Shown: positions 37,161 through 51,500, counted from the first letter of the whole stretch. The stretch: 63,411 nt of DNA, filler included, from Octopus bimaculoides (GCF_001194135.2; 6 parts of 5 records of this genome joined end to end with filler, not necessarily neighbours in it); one strand, 5' to 3'. Notes: generated by a model not told the origin, from the sequence alone. Numbers and translations are program-made.

Positions 37161-38194
37161 AACGATTCTTTCAGTGGCATAGAGCCACAAACGTATGGAA
37201 GAGGAGAGGGCATAGCAATAGTGTTCTTTCTTTCTTTCTTTCTTTATTTCTTTCTTTATTTTGCTTTTCTTCTTTTTTTTTTTACCCATCAAGATAATAG
37301 AATTAGATAAGACATTTACGCACGCACGCACACGCAAACACATACACATTTTGCATATACACTCTGTAACACCCAAACTAACACAGACGGAGATAAGAAC
37401 AACAACCACCCACACATAAATAAATTTATGTATGTGTATGTGTGTGTGTGTGTGTGTGTATATATATGTGTGCGTGTACACGCATATAATTATACATTTA
37501 CATATGTACAGGTGTGTGTATGTTTATATATACACGCACATACACACATATATGTACATATGTGTCTAATATACAGGGCTATAAAATACAAATACGCATA
37601 TACATGCATACTCATATGGACATACATACGCACACACATTCACACACAGACACACTCGCACACGTGAATATATATGCATATATATATATATAGTTGCCTG
37701 TATATACCTGTATATATATATATATATATATATNNNNNNNNNNNNNNNNNNNNNNNNNNNNNNNNNNNNNNNNNNNNTTAATTAATTAANNNNNNNNNNN
37801 NNNNNNNNNNNNNNNNNNNNNNNNNNNNNNNNNCGCCGTCGTGGTCGCCATCGTCGCCGTCGTGGTGGTCGTCCTCTCATCGTCGTCGTAGTTGTGTTCG
37901 ACGTCGTAGTTGTGTTCGTCGCCGTCGTCGTAGACGTCTTCGCCATCGTCGTGCTGGTGGTGGTGGTAGTAGTGGTTGTCCTAGTCGCTATCGTCGCGGT
38001 GGACGTCCTTGTCCGCGACGTCGTCGCCGCCATGATTCGGGTAAGTAGAGAGTGTGAATGCTGTTGGTGACATTGGTACTGTGCTATGTTGTGTTTGCGG
38101 TGCAGGCGTCGTTGGCAGCGGGGAGGGGTGTCCGTGTTAGTGTTTGAGTTAATGTTAGTGTTATTGGCGTCGGCAACAACAGCAGCAGCAGCTA

Positions 38195-38260
<66 letters not shown>

Positions 38261-39022
38261 NNNNNNNNNNNNNNNNNNNNNNNNNNNNNNNNNNNNNNNN
38301 NNNNNNNNNNNNNNNNNNNNNNNNNNNNNNNNNNNNNNNNNNNNNNNNNNNNNNNNNNNNNNNNNNNNNNNNNNNNNNNNNNNNNNNNNNNNNNNNNNNN
38401 NNNNNNNNNNNNNNNNNNNNNNNNNNNNNNNNNNNNNNNNNNNNNNNNNNNNNNNNNNNNNNNNNNNNNNNNNNNNNNNNNNNNNNNNNNNNNNNNNNNN
38501 NNNNNNNNNNNNNNNNNNATCAAACCGCCAACTTTCCGTCAATCACCCATCCATTCACCACCGACTTCGCCATCATCACTATTTTCCTTTATTCTTCTAC
38601 TTTTTCTATTACCGCCATCTTTGTTTTTTGTTTTTTTTTTCTATTTTCCTTTCCTTTCGCGTCTTTTCTGTTCCTTTTCTTCCCACGATTTCATTTCTTT
38701 TTTTTTTGTTATTTTTCTTTCTAATTCATTTTAAATTTTTAAATTTTATTTTTATTTTTCCCCTTCGTTATTCCTTTTTTTTTTTTTTACCTTAGGTTCG
38801 ATAATATATAACGTGTACCTTCACCCCTCATCCCACTTTAGCTCACCCTTATTTATTCTCCACCTCCTACACCGATTTTTACTCCTAAGGCTTTTTCTTC
38901 CACCTTACATCCAATCCACCACGACCACCACCACCACAAAATGACTACCAATTTCTTTATTCTCTTCCTTCCTTAACCGCCAACCTTCATCCTGACATCA
39001 TTTAACTTACCCCCTTCTCCGA

Positions 39023-39057
<35 letters not shown>

Positions 39058-39155
39058 TAGCTCCCCTAATTGCAACCATCAGCACCATCACCACCACCAC
39101 CAACGCCACCACTATCACTACCACCGCCATTATCACCACTGACAACGCCGCCACC

Positions 39156-39196
<41 letters not shown>

Positions 39197-39535
39197 CACT
39201 GCTGCTGCTGCTGATGTTGCTAAAGCTGTTACTATTGGTGCAGGTTTTACTCCTGCCACTAGAGTTACTGGCGAGAGAGCGTCCGTCCCCTGTGTACGAT
39301 GATGGTTCGCCTACTGGAAATGATGGTCAAATCTCCCTCAAATCGCACTTTTAGTATTATCTTTAATTGATAATAAGACGATAATTAACCCATTACGTAA
39401 GCGTATGCTCCCTTTTTCTACACCCAAAAATCCATAGAGATGGTCACGTCTGCACTTCTCATGATTATTAGATCGTGGCTGATATATGACAGTACGACAA
39501 TGACATGTCCAACAACATAAAAACTGCAGCAGCAG

Positions 39536-39599
<64 letters not shown>

Positions 39600-39759
39600 C
39601 TTCTTGCTCTTACTCACGGCCCTCCATGTTTATTTATTTATTTATTTATCTATTTATTTTGCTGCTTTTTTGCCATTCTCTTTAAAAGAAACTCGGCCAC
39701 AATACCAAGAGATAGATACCATCACAATCATTGGCGTAACCATCCTCCTCCGCCTTCTC

Positions 39760-39791
<32 letters not shown>

Positions 39792-40043
39792 GTTATTAAC
39801 TTGTTCACTACAATTCCATCAACGTCATCAGACTGGTGTGTGTGTGCGTGTCTGTATGTTGCATCTGCGTGCATGTGTGTGTATGTGTGTGTGTGTGTTC
39901 GTGTGTGTGTAGGGGGGTGAGTGTGTGTGTCAGCGGTGCGTGTGTGATACCCTAAAATTTACAATATAATCCATCACAAATCTCACACTTCTCAGGAAAT
40001 AGAAATGAAACATCACAGTAGATAATGTGATTCTGACTGAGCG

Positions 40044-40083
<40 letters not shown>

Positions 40084-40769
40084 ATACTCACACACACAAA
40101 CACAAACACACACACACACACACAAAACACACACACACACACACACTCACACACACATACTCACACACACAAACACAAACACAAACACACACACACACAC
40201 AAACCACACACACACACTCACACACACATACTCACATACACAAACACANNNNNNNNNNNNNNNNNNNNNNNNNNNNNNNNNNNNNNNNNNNNNNNNNNNN
40301 NNNNNNNNNNNNNNNNNNNNNNNNNNNNNNNNNNNNNNNNNNNNNNNNNNNNNNNNNNNNNNNNNNNNNNNNNNNNNNNNNNNNNNNNNNNNNNNNNNNN
40401 NNNNNNNNNNNNNNNNNNNNNNNNNNNNNNNNNNNNNNNNNNNNNNNNNNNNNNNNNNNNNNNNNNNNNNNNNNNNNNNNNNNNNNNNNNNNNNNNNNNN
40501 NNNNNNNNNNNNNNNNNNNNNNNNNNNNNNNNNNNNNNNNNNNNNNNNNNNNNNNNNNNNNNNNNNNNNNNNNNNNNNNNNNNNNNNNNNNNNNNNNNNN
40601 NNNNNNNNNNNNNNNNNNNNNNNNNNNNNNNNNNNNNNNNNNNNNNNNNNNNNNNNNNNNNNNNNNNNNNNNNNNNNNNNNNNNNNNNNNNNNNNNNNNN
40701 NNNNNNNNNNNNNNNNNNNNNNNNNNNNNNNNNNNNNNNNNNNGACGCATAAAGAGGGGCAGAATGAGT

Positions 40770-40847
40770 TGGAACGCCTTTGACTATATAATAGTCAAAG
40801 GAACGCCTTTGACTATTATATAGTCAACGGCAGTCAAAGGCGTTCCA
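40770..40847. repeat. Tandem 29-bp hairpin units inside an outer inverted repeat
   Basis: GGAACGCCTTTGACTATATAATAGTCAAA + GGAACGCCTTTGACTATTATATAGTCAAC, followed by AGTCAAAGGCGTTCCA, the reverse complement of the start. Confidence 0.9.
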
Positions 40848-41002
40848 GCCGTGACTGTTCAATCAGGTGCGAGCAGGATGCTTAAACAAGAGCAACGAAA
40901 CAACTTTTCTGGGGTGTAACCAATTACTTCATAACTAGTTACGAGAAGAGTAGCGGTAACAACAACGCCACCACCACCACCACCAACAACAACAACCAAC
41001 AC

Positions 41003-41059
<57 letters not shown>

Positions 41060-41243
41060 GATAGATAGATAGATAGATAGATAGAGAGTGTGTGTGCGTA
41101 TGCACATGCGTGTATATCTGTGTTTATATATATATATTACATCTGAATTTTCAGATTTTTTATATGCTAGGCCACTTGGTTTTAAATTGAATTAATATTC
41201 AATTTATCACCCTATCTATCTATCTATCTATCTATTTATCTAT

Positions 41244-41319
<76 letters not shown>

Positions 41320-41328
41320 TTATCTATT

Positions 41329-41450
<122 letters not shown>

Positions 41451-41514
41451 ACATACATGCATGCATACATTTTCTATATAAAATATATAGATCTACTCTT
41501 TTCTTTTGTTTCTT

Positions 41515-41705
41515 TTTACTGGTTTCAGTCATCTCACTGACGCCATGCTGGAGCACCTCCTTTTAGTCAAACAAATCGACTCCCGAACTTATTTTTTTGT
41601 TTCTGTAAGCCTAATACTTATTCTATCGGTCTATTTTGCCAAGCAGCTAGGTTACAGGAACATAAACACACCAACATCGGTTGTCAAACGATGGTAGGGG
41701 ACAAA
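41515..41705 (-). mobile_element. SINE 3' part (third family) ending in the cagcatgg...gactgaaac tail
   Basis: Minus strand: ttggcaaaatagaccgatagaataagtattaggctt...gtcgatttgtttgactaaaaggaggtgctccagcatggc...gactgaaaccagtaaaaag. Confidence 0.78.
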
Positions 41706-41718
41706 CACGGACAAGCAA

Positions 41719-41759
<41 letters not shown>

Positions 41760-42045
41760 CACACACGCTCTCACTTATATATGAGCATAGTGTCTATCTG
41801 GTAGCTCACCTTGCTAGAAAAAGCAGTTAAATCTGCTTCCATTCAAAAGTTAATTTCATGTGAGCGTAATCGAGCGAATGAGCGAGAAAGAGAAAGAAGA
41901 AGGGGAGAGTGGGAGAGAGAGGGGAGAGGAGAGGGAGAGAGGGGGGAGAGAGAGAGGGAGAGAGAGAGGGGGATAGAGAGAGAGAGAGTATGTGTGTGTA
42001 TGATTAAGTATCCTGAATGGATGTGTTATTTAAACGTATATATGC

Positions 42046-42505
42046 GTATGTATGTATGTATGTATGTATGTATGTATGTATGTGTGTGTGTATGCATGCA
42101 TGTATGTATGTATGTATGTATATACGTATGTATGTGTGTATGTATGTATGTATGTATGTATTATGTGTGTGTATGTATGTATGCATGTATGTATGTATGT
42201 TTGTATGTATGTATGTATGTACGTATATGTGTGTGTATGTATACATGTACGTATGTATGTATGTACGTATGTATGTATGTGTGTATGTATGCATGCATGT
42301 ATGTATGTATATATTTATGCATGTATGTATGTTTGTATGTATGTGTGTATGCATGTATGCATGTATGCATGTATGAATGTATGTATGAATGTATGTATGT
42401 ATATGTATGTATGTGTATGTATGTATATATGTAGGCACGTATGCATCTATACATGTATATATGTATGTATGTATTTATGTATGTATGTATGTATGCATGT
42501 ATGCA
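42046..42505. repeat. Degenerate (TATG)n tetranucleotide array
   Basis: About 460 bp of gtat/gcat units; the source of the spurious MYVC ORFs. Confidence 0.95.
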
Positions 42506-43046
42506 TTGCCAAAATGGGTGACCTGTACATGGCTTCTCCGCAGAAAGAAATAGCTGATGAATCTTACTTCAAATCCCACCCTCTGGCCTTAAGCGCTGAA
42601 GACACATTGAATAATGTAATTACTCAAAGAAAAGCAAAAAAAAAAGAAGAAAAAAAAAGAAGAAAGAAAAAGAGAAAAAAGAAAAAGTGAAACAAGTTGT
42701 TCAAACGAAGTTTCGTAACATCTTTGATCATGGGTCTACACGCCCTGTCTGACCTAGGGCTAAATAAATCAGCTACAATAAGATCTGCTACCTCAACAAA
42801 CAGGAAGAAGATAATACATGTTAGGCTTTATATTTCTAACAAATAAACAAATGAAGAACACATAGGTGTGGCTGTATTTTTAAGGAGCTAGTTTTGCAAG
42901 GACAAGGTTTAGGGTTCAATCCCAGTTCGGGGCACTTTCGAAAAAGTGTCTTCTATATTTTCGGACTGACCAAGGAAATGTGAGTGAATTCGGTAAACGG
43001 AAACTGAAGGATGTACGTCGTATTGATTGTATGCAATGTATTTTAT

Positions 43047-43375
43047 GGCTCAGAGGTTAGAGCGTCGAGCTCACAATCATGATTTAGTGAGTTCGATTCA
43101 CGGACCGGGCTGTGTGTTGTGTTCTTGAGCAAGACACTTTATTTCACATTGCTCCAGTTCACTCAGCTGTAGAAATGAGTTGTGATGTCACTGGTGCCAA
43201 GCTGTATCGGTCCCTTTGCCTTTCCCTTGGATAACATCAGTGGCATGGAGAGGAGAGGATGGTATGTATGGCGGCTGCTGGTCTTCCAGAAACAACCTTG
43301 CCCGGGCTTGTGCATCGGCGGGGAACTTTCGATATGCAATCCCATGGTCATTCATGACCGATGGGGGTCTTTACA
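43047..43375 (+). mobile_element. tRNA/CORE-type SINE with a third tail type
   Basis: tggctcagaggttagagcg A box, gagttcgattc B box, gttgtgttcttgagcaagacacttt CORE-like block; tail differs from the 32651 and 56763 copies. Confidence 0.8.
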
Positions 43376-43589
43376 CTTTATCATATATATATAGGGGGAG
43401 AATTCATAAAAAAACAGAAGAAGAAGGCAGGTGGTGTAGACAACAAACAGATGTATTAGTATAACGCTCGGGAAGTGAAAAAGTCCTTAACGTTTCGAGC
43501 CTACGGTCTTCCACAGAAAGGAACACAGAAAGAAACAAGGAGAGAAAAAAATGTATATAGTGGTTAGCGATCTATCATGCCGACTGATA

Positions 43590-43785
43590 TATATATTCTT
43601 CATTCGTTTATTACTGTTCTTATTTTATTATCTTAACTCACTCCAGCTGGAGATAGAACACACACGAAAACGGAAAGTGTCGCCGAAGAGGTCACAGAGG
43701 TGTGACGAATGATTTCCGGACAATGGACATGAGTTGAAATAATAAAATAAAAACAGTAATAAACGAGTGAAGAAAAATATATATA
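43590..43785. mobile_element. MITE-like fold-back with ~50-bp TIRs in TA context
   Basis: 43592-43640 (ttcttcattcgtttattactgttcttattttattatcttaactca) pairs with the reverse complement of 43730-43780 with a few mismatches; ~90-bp core; (TA)n on both sides. Confidence 0.72.
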
Positions 43786-44019
43786 GTGCGTGTGTCTGTT
43801 TAGCCAAAAAAAAAAAATGACCATCCCGAAATACAACAATATCTGTTTCAACACCCCATTTCACATCAGGAATCTTGCAAAACAAATTTATATAGATATA
43901 TATGGGGCAAGTACGTATGTATATGCGTCTATGTGTCATTGTGTCTGCATTTGCCCCACTGTCGGTTTGTTTCTGTCTCTGTAACCTGGTATTACATATC
44001 AATATAAATACCAGACTTA

Positions 44020-44065
<46 letters not shown>

Positions 44066-44076
44066 TAAATAAATAA

Positions 44077-44135
<59 letters not shown>

Positions 44136-44156
44136 TGATGATGATGATGATGATGA

Positions 44157-45300
44157 TTTCATATATTCGCCACCAGGGCAGAGGGGGACAATACAAAGAC
44201 AGAAATAAAGTGTCAGGGTTTACATATAATGATATTGATAAGAAAGAAAGCCTGTAGAGTTTATCTCGAACCTGTAGCGCCCCCACCCCGGTAGCACTAC
44301 CAGGTCAAGAACATCTAGAAATTATCTATGATAGTTCCCGACCGGAAAGTCCTCTGGAACAGATTAACCAGTTCATTTTCGTCGGCGACCAGAGTCACCC
44401 CGAGAACGTCGTCGCACTCCCCCACCACTAATCCCCTATAAATTTCTAAAGCGGAACATCCACCGATCCAATTGCCCGACTTGTAGAGGGTTGTGAGCGC
44501 GAGCGCCTGACAATATTCTAGATGCTAGGCGCCCAGTCTCAGTCTTTTTCTTCACCTAGGACTACAGCTCCGTCAAGGAGACGAACTGCATAAAAACGAT
44601 CTGCGGAAAGACGAGCCTCACAAACGGCGCCCACACACGCTCACCGTCCAGAAATTGTGGCAGGTGGCGTAATCTAAGAGCGTGACTTCGCATGCCATAC
44701 CTAATCCAACAGATTGGCCGTCTGACCATTGGAACGCGTCGCTTCTAGAAGAATGTAAATAGGGGATGCTCCAACCTGGTCAAGCAGTAACTGGAACAAG
44801 GCACGACGGTCAGGCGATAAATGATAACGGAGATTATGCAAACATTCGCCACCTCTACTCGACCTTTCAGGGACAGCTTCTTTTCAGCTCATTTCTGGAT
44901 AAGAATGACCTCCTTGTTCGCCGCTTTGTTCTAGTTCTTATCAACCTGGAGATCTGTACCCAACCAGACCTTCAGCAATCTAACTAGTCCGTCGGTCCAG
45001 TGTTCGACAATGCCGTCCAATGGCATCGACTTGCCTCTCCAGGAGCCCAACTGCAAGGGCTAAAATTGGCGTTGATTTTAGCCCCTGCAACCGACTCGGA
45101 TTCTTTTAGGATGGTGCCGACTGTGTATGCTGATATTTGCTTCCGTATCCCAGTTCGAAAGGGATGCCGCTTAGCTGTTCCAACTTCCACAACAGTGGCT
45201 CGAGTGCCAATACGTACAGAATAGGTGACAGCGAGTAGCCCTGACTGACCGAACGTGAGATGCCTAACGCTTCCGTTGACCATTGGACGGATGCCGCTAA
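44157..45300 (-). mobile_element. Tx1/L1-clade LINE remnant (RT to zf-RVT, then 3' tail)
   Basis: ISRSVSQGYSLSPILYVLALEPLL (RT SVRQGCPLSP motif), KLSLKGRVEVAN and GALQVRDKLY; many stops and frameshifts; ends in a 3' UTR-like tail and (ATC)n(ATT)n. Confidence 0.82.
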
Positions 45301-45583
45301 TCTATTCGAAGAGAACCTTTCATTGCGGTGCCCCAGCATGGCCGCAGTCCACTATAGATAACAGATAAAATATTAAGGATAAGATATATTGGTAAGGCAG
45401 TCCCTTATCACATTTATTTATTTATTTATTTATTTATTTATCTCATGATGTTTGACACACAAACTCGCCGTTGACAAGCGGTTATCTAAATGCCTTTCGA
45501 CGAGCCGATCACGTTTGGAACGTCAGTGACGATAAGTGTGTTGAACCAGGGTTGACCTGACGACAACTACAACAACAACAACA

Positions 45584-45650
<67 letters not shown>

Positions 45651-46069
45651 TCACGTCGACGAAGACGACGATCTCACGCACCACTAACTACCACCAATAC
45701 CACCACTACTATTACCACTTGTACTCTGACCTAAAGACAGAACATCTGGAGTTTTGCATGTTATGTGTATGCGGATACACAAACTAGAACAAGCTAGAAA
45801 TGGCAGCCAAAACGTCCTCTAATCACATACCCTATCATATTAGAAGAAGAGAGAAAGCAAAGTTGCTAAGAGACGATTACGTAATGTAGATTTTTTTTTT
45901 AAATACACTCAATTTTTCTATTTCTTACTTGCTTCAGTCACGTGGCTTAGGCCATCCTGGGGCACCACCTTGCAGGGTTTTATACGAACGAATCGGCCCC
46001 AGTGAATTTTAACAATCGGCCCTCTCTGTATTTTTAACAAAAATGCATACATATTTGCTGACATACATT

Positions 46070-46378
46070 CATCGTGGTATTCCGTCGGTTACGAGACGAG
46101 GGTTCCAGTTGATCCGATCAACGGAATAACCTGCTCGTGAAATTAAACGTGCAAGTGGCTGAGCACTCCACAGACACGTGTACCCTTGACGTAGTTCTCG
46201 GGGGAGATTCAGCGTGACACAGAGTGTGACAAGGCTGGCCCCTTTGAATTACAGGTACAAGAAAAACATGGAGAAGGAATGAGAGAAAGTTGTGGTGAAA
46301 GAGTACAGCAGGATTCGCCACCCGAGCCCCCTGCCGAAGCCTCGTGGAGCTTTAAGTGTTTTTGCTAAATAAACATCN
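46070..46378 (-). mobile_element. tRNA-derived SINE (59654-type), head lost in a gap
   Basis: Closely matches 59654-59964 from cctgctcgtgaaattaacgtg onward. Confidence 0.85.
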
Positions 46379-46759
46379 NNNNNNNNNNNNNNNNNNNNNN
46401 NNNNNNNNNNNNNNNNNNNNNNNNNNNNNNNNNNNNNNNNNNNNNNNNNNNNNNNNNNNNNNNNNNNNNNNNNNNNNNNNNNNNNNNNNNNNNNNNNNNN
46501 NNNNNNNNNNNNNNNNNNNNNNNNNNNNNNNNNNNNNNNNNNNNNNNNNNNNNNNNNNNNNNNNNNNNNNNNNNNNNNNNNNNNNNNNNNNNNNNNNNNN
46601 NNNNNNNNNNNNNNNNNNNNNNNNNNNNNNNNNNNNNNNNNNNNNNNNNNNNNNTATATATATATATATACGTGCGTGTATGTGTGTATGTGTGTGTGTG
46701 TGTGTATGTGTGTATGTGAGTGTACATGTGTGTGTGCTTGTGTGCGTGTATGTGTGTGT

Positions 46760-46910
46760 ATGTGACGAGCGTCTTTTAGTTCCCGTCCACCAAATCCACT
46801 CACAAAAGCTGTTGGTCGGCCGAGGGCTATAGAAGATGAAAACTGACAAATGTGCTGCGGAGTGGGACCGAACCTGTAACCATGTTGTTGAGCAGCCATG
46901 CGTGCACCTA
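46760..46910 (-). mobile_element. Third-family SINE 5' part
   Basis: ccaaatccactcacaaaagct...gtcggccgagggctatagaagat...agtgggaccgaacc. Confidence 0.72.
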
Positions 46911-46999
46911 TCCTGAATAGAAAAGGAAAATAAATACCAGTGGTCACGATCATAATGTGTATGAGTCTTGATCTGCAACATAAATACCGAAATAATGGC

Positions 47000-47140
47000 A
47001 ACCACAGCAACAACAACAAGAATGATAAGAACAACAACAACAACAAGAATGATAACAACAACAACAACAAGAATGATAACAACAACAACAACAAGAATGA
47101 TAACAACAACAACAACAAGAATGATAACAACAACAACAAC
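47000..47140. repeat. 24-bp minisatellite (AAC)5-AAGAATGAT, about 5 units
   Basis: Direct tandem units visible with no unique spacers. Confidence 0.9.
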
Positions 47141-47257
47141 AGCGACGACAACTTATCTCCACCGTTAACTTCACCTTATTACACACACACACACACACAA
47201 ACATACGCACGCACACAAACACACACATGCACACACGCGCACACACGCGCACGCACA

Positions 47258-47328
<71 letters not shown>

Positions 47329-48461
47329 CAGCCAGAAACACAAGTGACGTCTGAGTCTTTATTAAGTGCTCACTCAAGTAGGGAGATAGCAGCNNNNNNN
47401 NNNNNNNNNNNNNNNNNNNNNNNNNNNNNNNNNNNNNTTAATTAATTAANNNNNNNNNNNNNNNNNNNNNNNNNNNNNNNNNNNNNNNNNNNNTATATAT
47501 ATATATATATGAAACAATCGAAATGAATTTCTTGTATTTCTTGTAGGAAGAGGAAAGAGCCGGCAGCATTTACATAAATACTTTCATAATAGTTGGGACC
47601 ACCGGAATTGCTTGCAAGCTGAACACCTTAAACATTGCAACTGGACCCTTTTAACATTCTGCCATGCATTCATTAATTCCCTCTCTTCCTCCTTCTCTTT
47701 CCCTGTTTATATTTCTTTCTCTATCTCTTTTTCTGTTTACATATATATGTGTGCGTGTGTGTGGGTATGTGTGTTTTTGTGTGTGTGCGTATAAATGTAC
47801 ACACACAGACACACACACGTAATCTCACTCAACGAAGCGCGTAGGAATATAAACATAGGAAATTAAACTTGTCGCAGGAATATAATATCTTCGTATATGA
47901 TACTTCAAAAATACATCTATGCATTTGTATGACGTATACATAGTAAGGATTATACATTTGTCGATCTTATCCTCTGTTTTATCATTTGCTGTTGCTGGAA
48001 GGTGACACTTCTCGGGCTTTATCTCGGTCGATATGATAATCTACTTAAATCAGACGTCAGCTTTAGCTTGCCTTATCTCTAAACTACTTCTTACTACATT
48101 ACTATATTACGTCTCTCTATTTATCTTTCTGTTGTTATTATAGGTGCTTCATATTAAACACTAGCCGATTCTTCTACAACGCTGCTTCACATTTGAACTC
48201 AATTCTGTTGCTTTTTATACTATATATTACGATGAAGTACATTAAAGGTTTTACAACCTTTCATGGTCTGCCTCAGACACAAGCTCGAATAGATCACTTT
48301 TGATATACTTACAACTACATTTCGTTTACTGTACAATATTATATGAACAAATATGAAGTTACAATATTCAAATAGAAAAGCGAAAGCAAAAATTGCTGCA
48401 TTAAAATATCCCAAAAGCATGAAATGGCTATAAACAAACTAACGGTTGTTTTTGATAAAGT

Positions 48462-48582
<121 letters not shown>

Positions 48583-51500
48583 GGTATGAACTTCATCATT
48601 ACAGTGGATAGCACAGAATGATGCTAAAAGGTAAAAGAATATAGACAGAGACGTTGCATTTTATGGCTGGTAGACCAGAACGATTATTATATTTTATTTA
48701 ATCTCACAATAGTTCTTTATGCATTCGCTGTATAAAGTATATTATACGCATTCTACCGAAAATGATTTATATTATATTGTGTCCGAATATTAATTCTAAA
48801 TGTCATTCTTAGATGATATATGTTGATATTCATTCAGGATGCATTTTTTTATATATAAGATGTATGGATATCGGAAGAGTGCCTCTTTAAGAAGTACGTT
48901 TGCTGAGATTTAAGATCAGTTTACCTAGCTAAGAAAAGGTTCCTCGGTTATTAACAAATTCATCCACTCCCCAGCGAAAGGTAATATTCACTGCATAGTG
49001 GCTTCCAAATTTACTTTGCGTGTCTCCAACTGAAGAAGCTATTTTGAATTCGATACTGAATCTGATCCAGATTCTTCTATTATGTACCTAGTCAAACGTC
49101 TCACATATAACAATCCATTACTGACTCACCTGCGTAAATATTTGATTGTACGACCCAACATTACGAAATTTACACATAAGATATTCTTTATATTGTTCTG
49201 TGAAGCGGTTACACCAAGGGGCAGAAAGATGATTTTTATGTCCTTACAGCCACATATATAGAGAAGGTGCATAGTCGTTTGAGTTGGGATGCAATATTTC
49301 AATGATATTTATTTTCCTGCATAAATGTTTAAACTTCATTGTCGATCTCTGTGGGGAATGGCAAGATAAAGAGAGCCTACTATCTGATGAATAACAGAAT
49401 ACTTATTTGTTCGTATTCAAAATAAGATATGGATATGGAATCAACATTATAGCTTTATGAGTGAAAGATTCCGTTTATTTTGGAATATGCAAAGAAAAGT
49501 GATTTGCACAAATTGAGAAAAGTAAACATTCTAAACAGTATCAGCATGATTTCTAAGCATGAGAGAAATATCAACTGATATACATGATAACGCAAGGGAC
49601 ATTAATAGTTATGTGCAGATCTCATGTTACATATCATTTTCATAAATACACAACACTATGTTAATAATTTCTTATTTATTCTGTTGATAATATACAATTT
49701 GTGCCAGGATTTAATATATAATGAGTATAGAGAATTAATTTAAAGGAAATATAATCCAATGTAGGGAGGGAAACTTGGGAAATAAACAAGGTTATATAAG
49801 AAATGATTTTACTATAAAAATCACGGGATGAAATGAAAGAAGTGGGTAAAAGAGTAAAGTGAAGAGAGATATAAGTTGAGTATACGCAGAAAATAGTTGA
49901 TTGGTGTTTTAAAAAATATGTATTTGCCATACAGACCCGTGATGATGAATGCTGGTTTCTAATAAAATATACTATTAGCGAAATGTTTGGAACCAGGAAA
50001 TAATGTGACATGTGTTTTATTAGTGACTGGATATTAAAAACAACACATCAGTCGCTAGGATGTTGATTCCTCCACTCATCATCGGCATAACACTTTTATT
50101 ATTCTGATAAACGAACGTTCTTCGGAAAAATATATGTTCTTGGGACGGAATTTTTACAATTGTTATTGCATACGTTAATAATGCAAAATATAGATTTGTG
50201 AAGTATTTAATGTTCGGTACTTCATTAAAAGCAAGCATGGTTGGTGTAATATTTTGATATACTTTTATTATGCAATGCACGGGGAATTGGAGTTCTAAGC
50301 AAATGCAATGATGTAGAAGATTCTGTTGACAAATATAGCGTTAGTGACTGATGAACTTACCGAATAAAAACAACGTAATGAAAACGTGAAAGCATCAAAC
50401 AAATTATGAAATATCAATTAACGTATGCTGCACATAATTTCTGTTATATTAGATAGATTCAGGCTATTCATTGCATGCAGAGTGTGTAGTACAATCGATG
50501 CTTAATGGGGGTAATTTGTTCTATTCATATAACTTTTAATATTTGTTTCTTCCTTGTACAAAAGAACGGTAATGTACATCCAGGGAGCTCACACACAGGC
50601 ACACATAACCAGCAATAACACACGCATGGACGTAAAACCCTTCATATACTCCTCTTTCTCTCTGTGTGGCAGTGTGTGTGCACATGTGTTTGTGTGTCTA
50701 CATATCTATCTATCTATCTATCTATCTATCTTGATATATATATATACATATATATATGAATGTATATATGTATGTATATGTATATATATATATATATATA
50801 TTTATATAGGTAGGTAGATTGACAGATTGATAGATAGATAGATAAATAGATAGATATAGATATAGATATATATGTGTGCGGAAATAAACACACATATATA
50901 TATTACACATTTTATTTGCCTAATATCATGAATATTGCTAAAGCGGTATTAGGGGTTACTTCTCAGACATGAAAATTCATTAGGAAGTGATATGGAAGTA
51001 CAAGTTTCTCATTACTCTGATTCTTGCGAATGTCACCGACTTGAAATTGAGATTTAAGGTAAGGAAGGAAAGAATTGTTGACGACTGTGTTTATCACTTT
51101 TGTGATGAGGAAATTGAGAGGAAATTGAAAGTAAAATGTTTCACGAAGAGAAATGACGAGAGGAATGGGAGAGGCATTATAAGTATAATCGATTGAACGT
51201 TGATTTTAGGGCTACAAACGATTACTGGCAGATTTGTTTTTAAATCATGCAAATTACTAGAGCCTCATATGTTATAAAATCTTTTTGCTATATATAAAAT
51301 ACTTCTACTCGGATCAGGTTGGCATATCTTTGTCTCTGCTTTACTGCTCACGTCCAACCATATTGAAATATGTATGCTGGTATCTATTCACCTGCTAATA
51401 AAGATAAGATTCCGCCTAAACTTTTAAATTTAGTGTAACGAATTAATCCTTTAACAATAGAGTTAGCTTCTTCTTTCTGCTGTTTCTTAAATAAAATTTT

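Noticed and set aside
42568-42595. 28-nt AG...GTAAGA micro-exon candidate on the minus strand
   Set aside because: It does not end in phase 0 with a TRPC-like E.EFK motif; such site pairs arise by chance.
47000-47140. CRISPR-like array
   Set aside because: Eukaryotic context and tandem units with no unique spacers; an ordinary minisatellite.
49130-49200. Strong minus-strand donor CAG|GTGAGT
   Set aside because: The upstream frames give no TRPC-like peptide and I could not identify a convincing acceptor.
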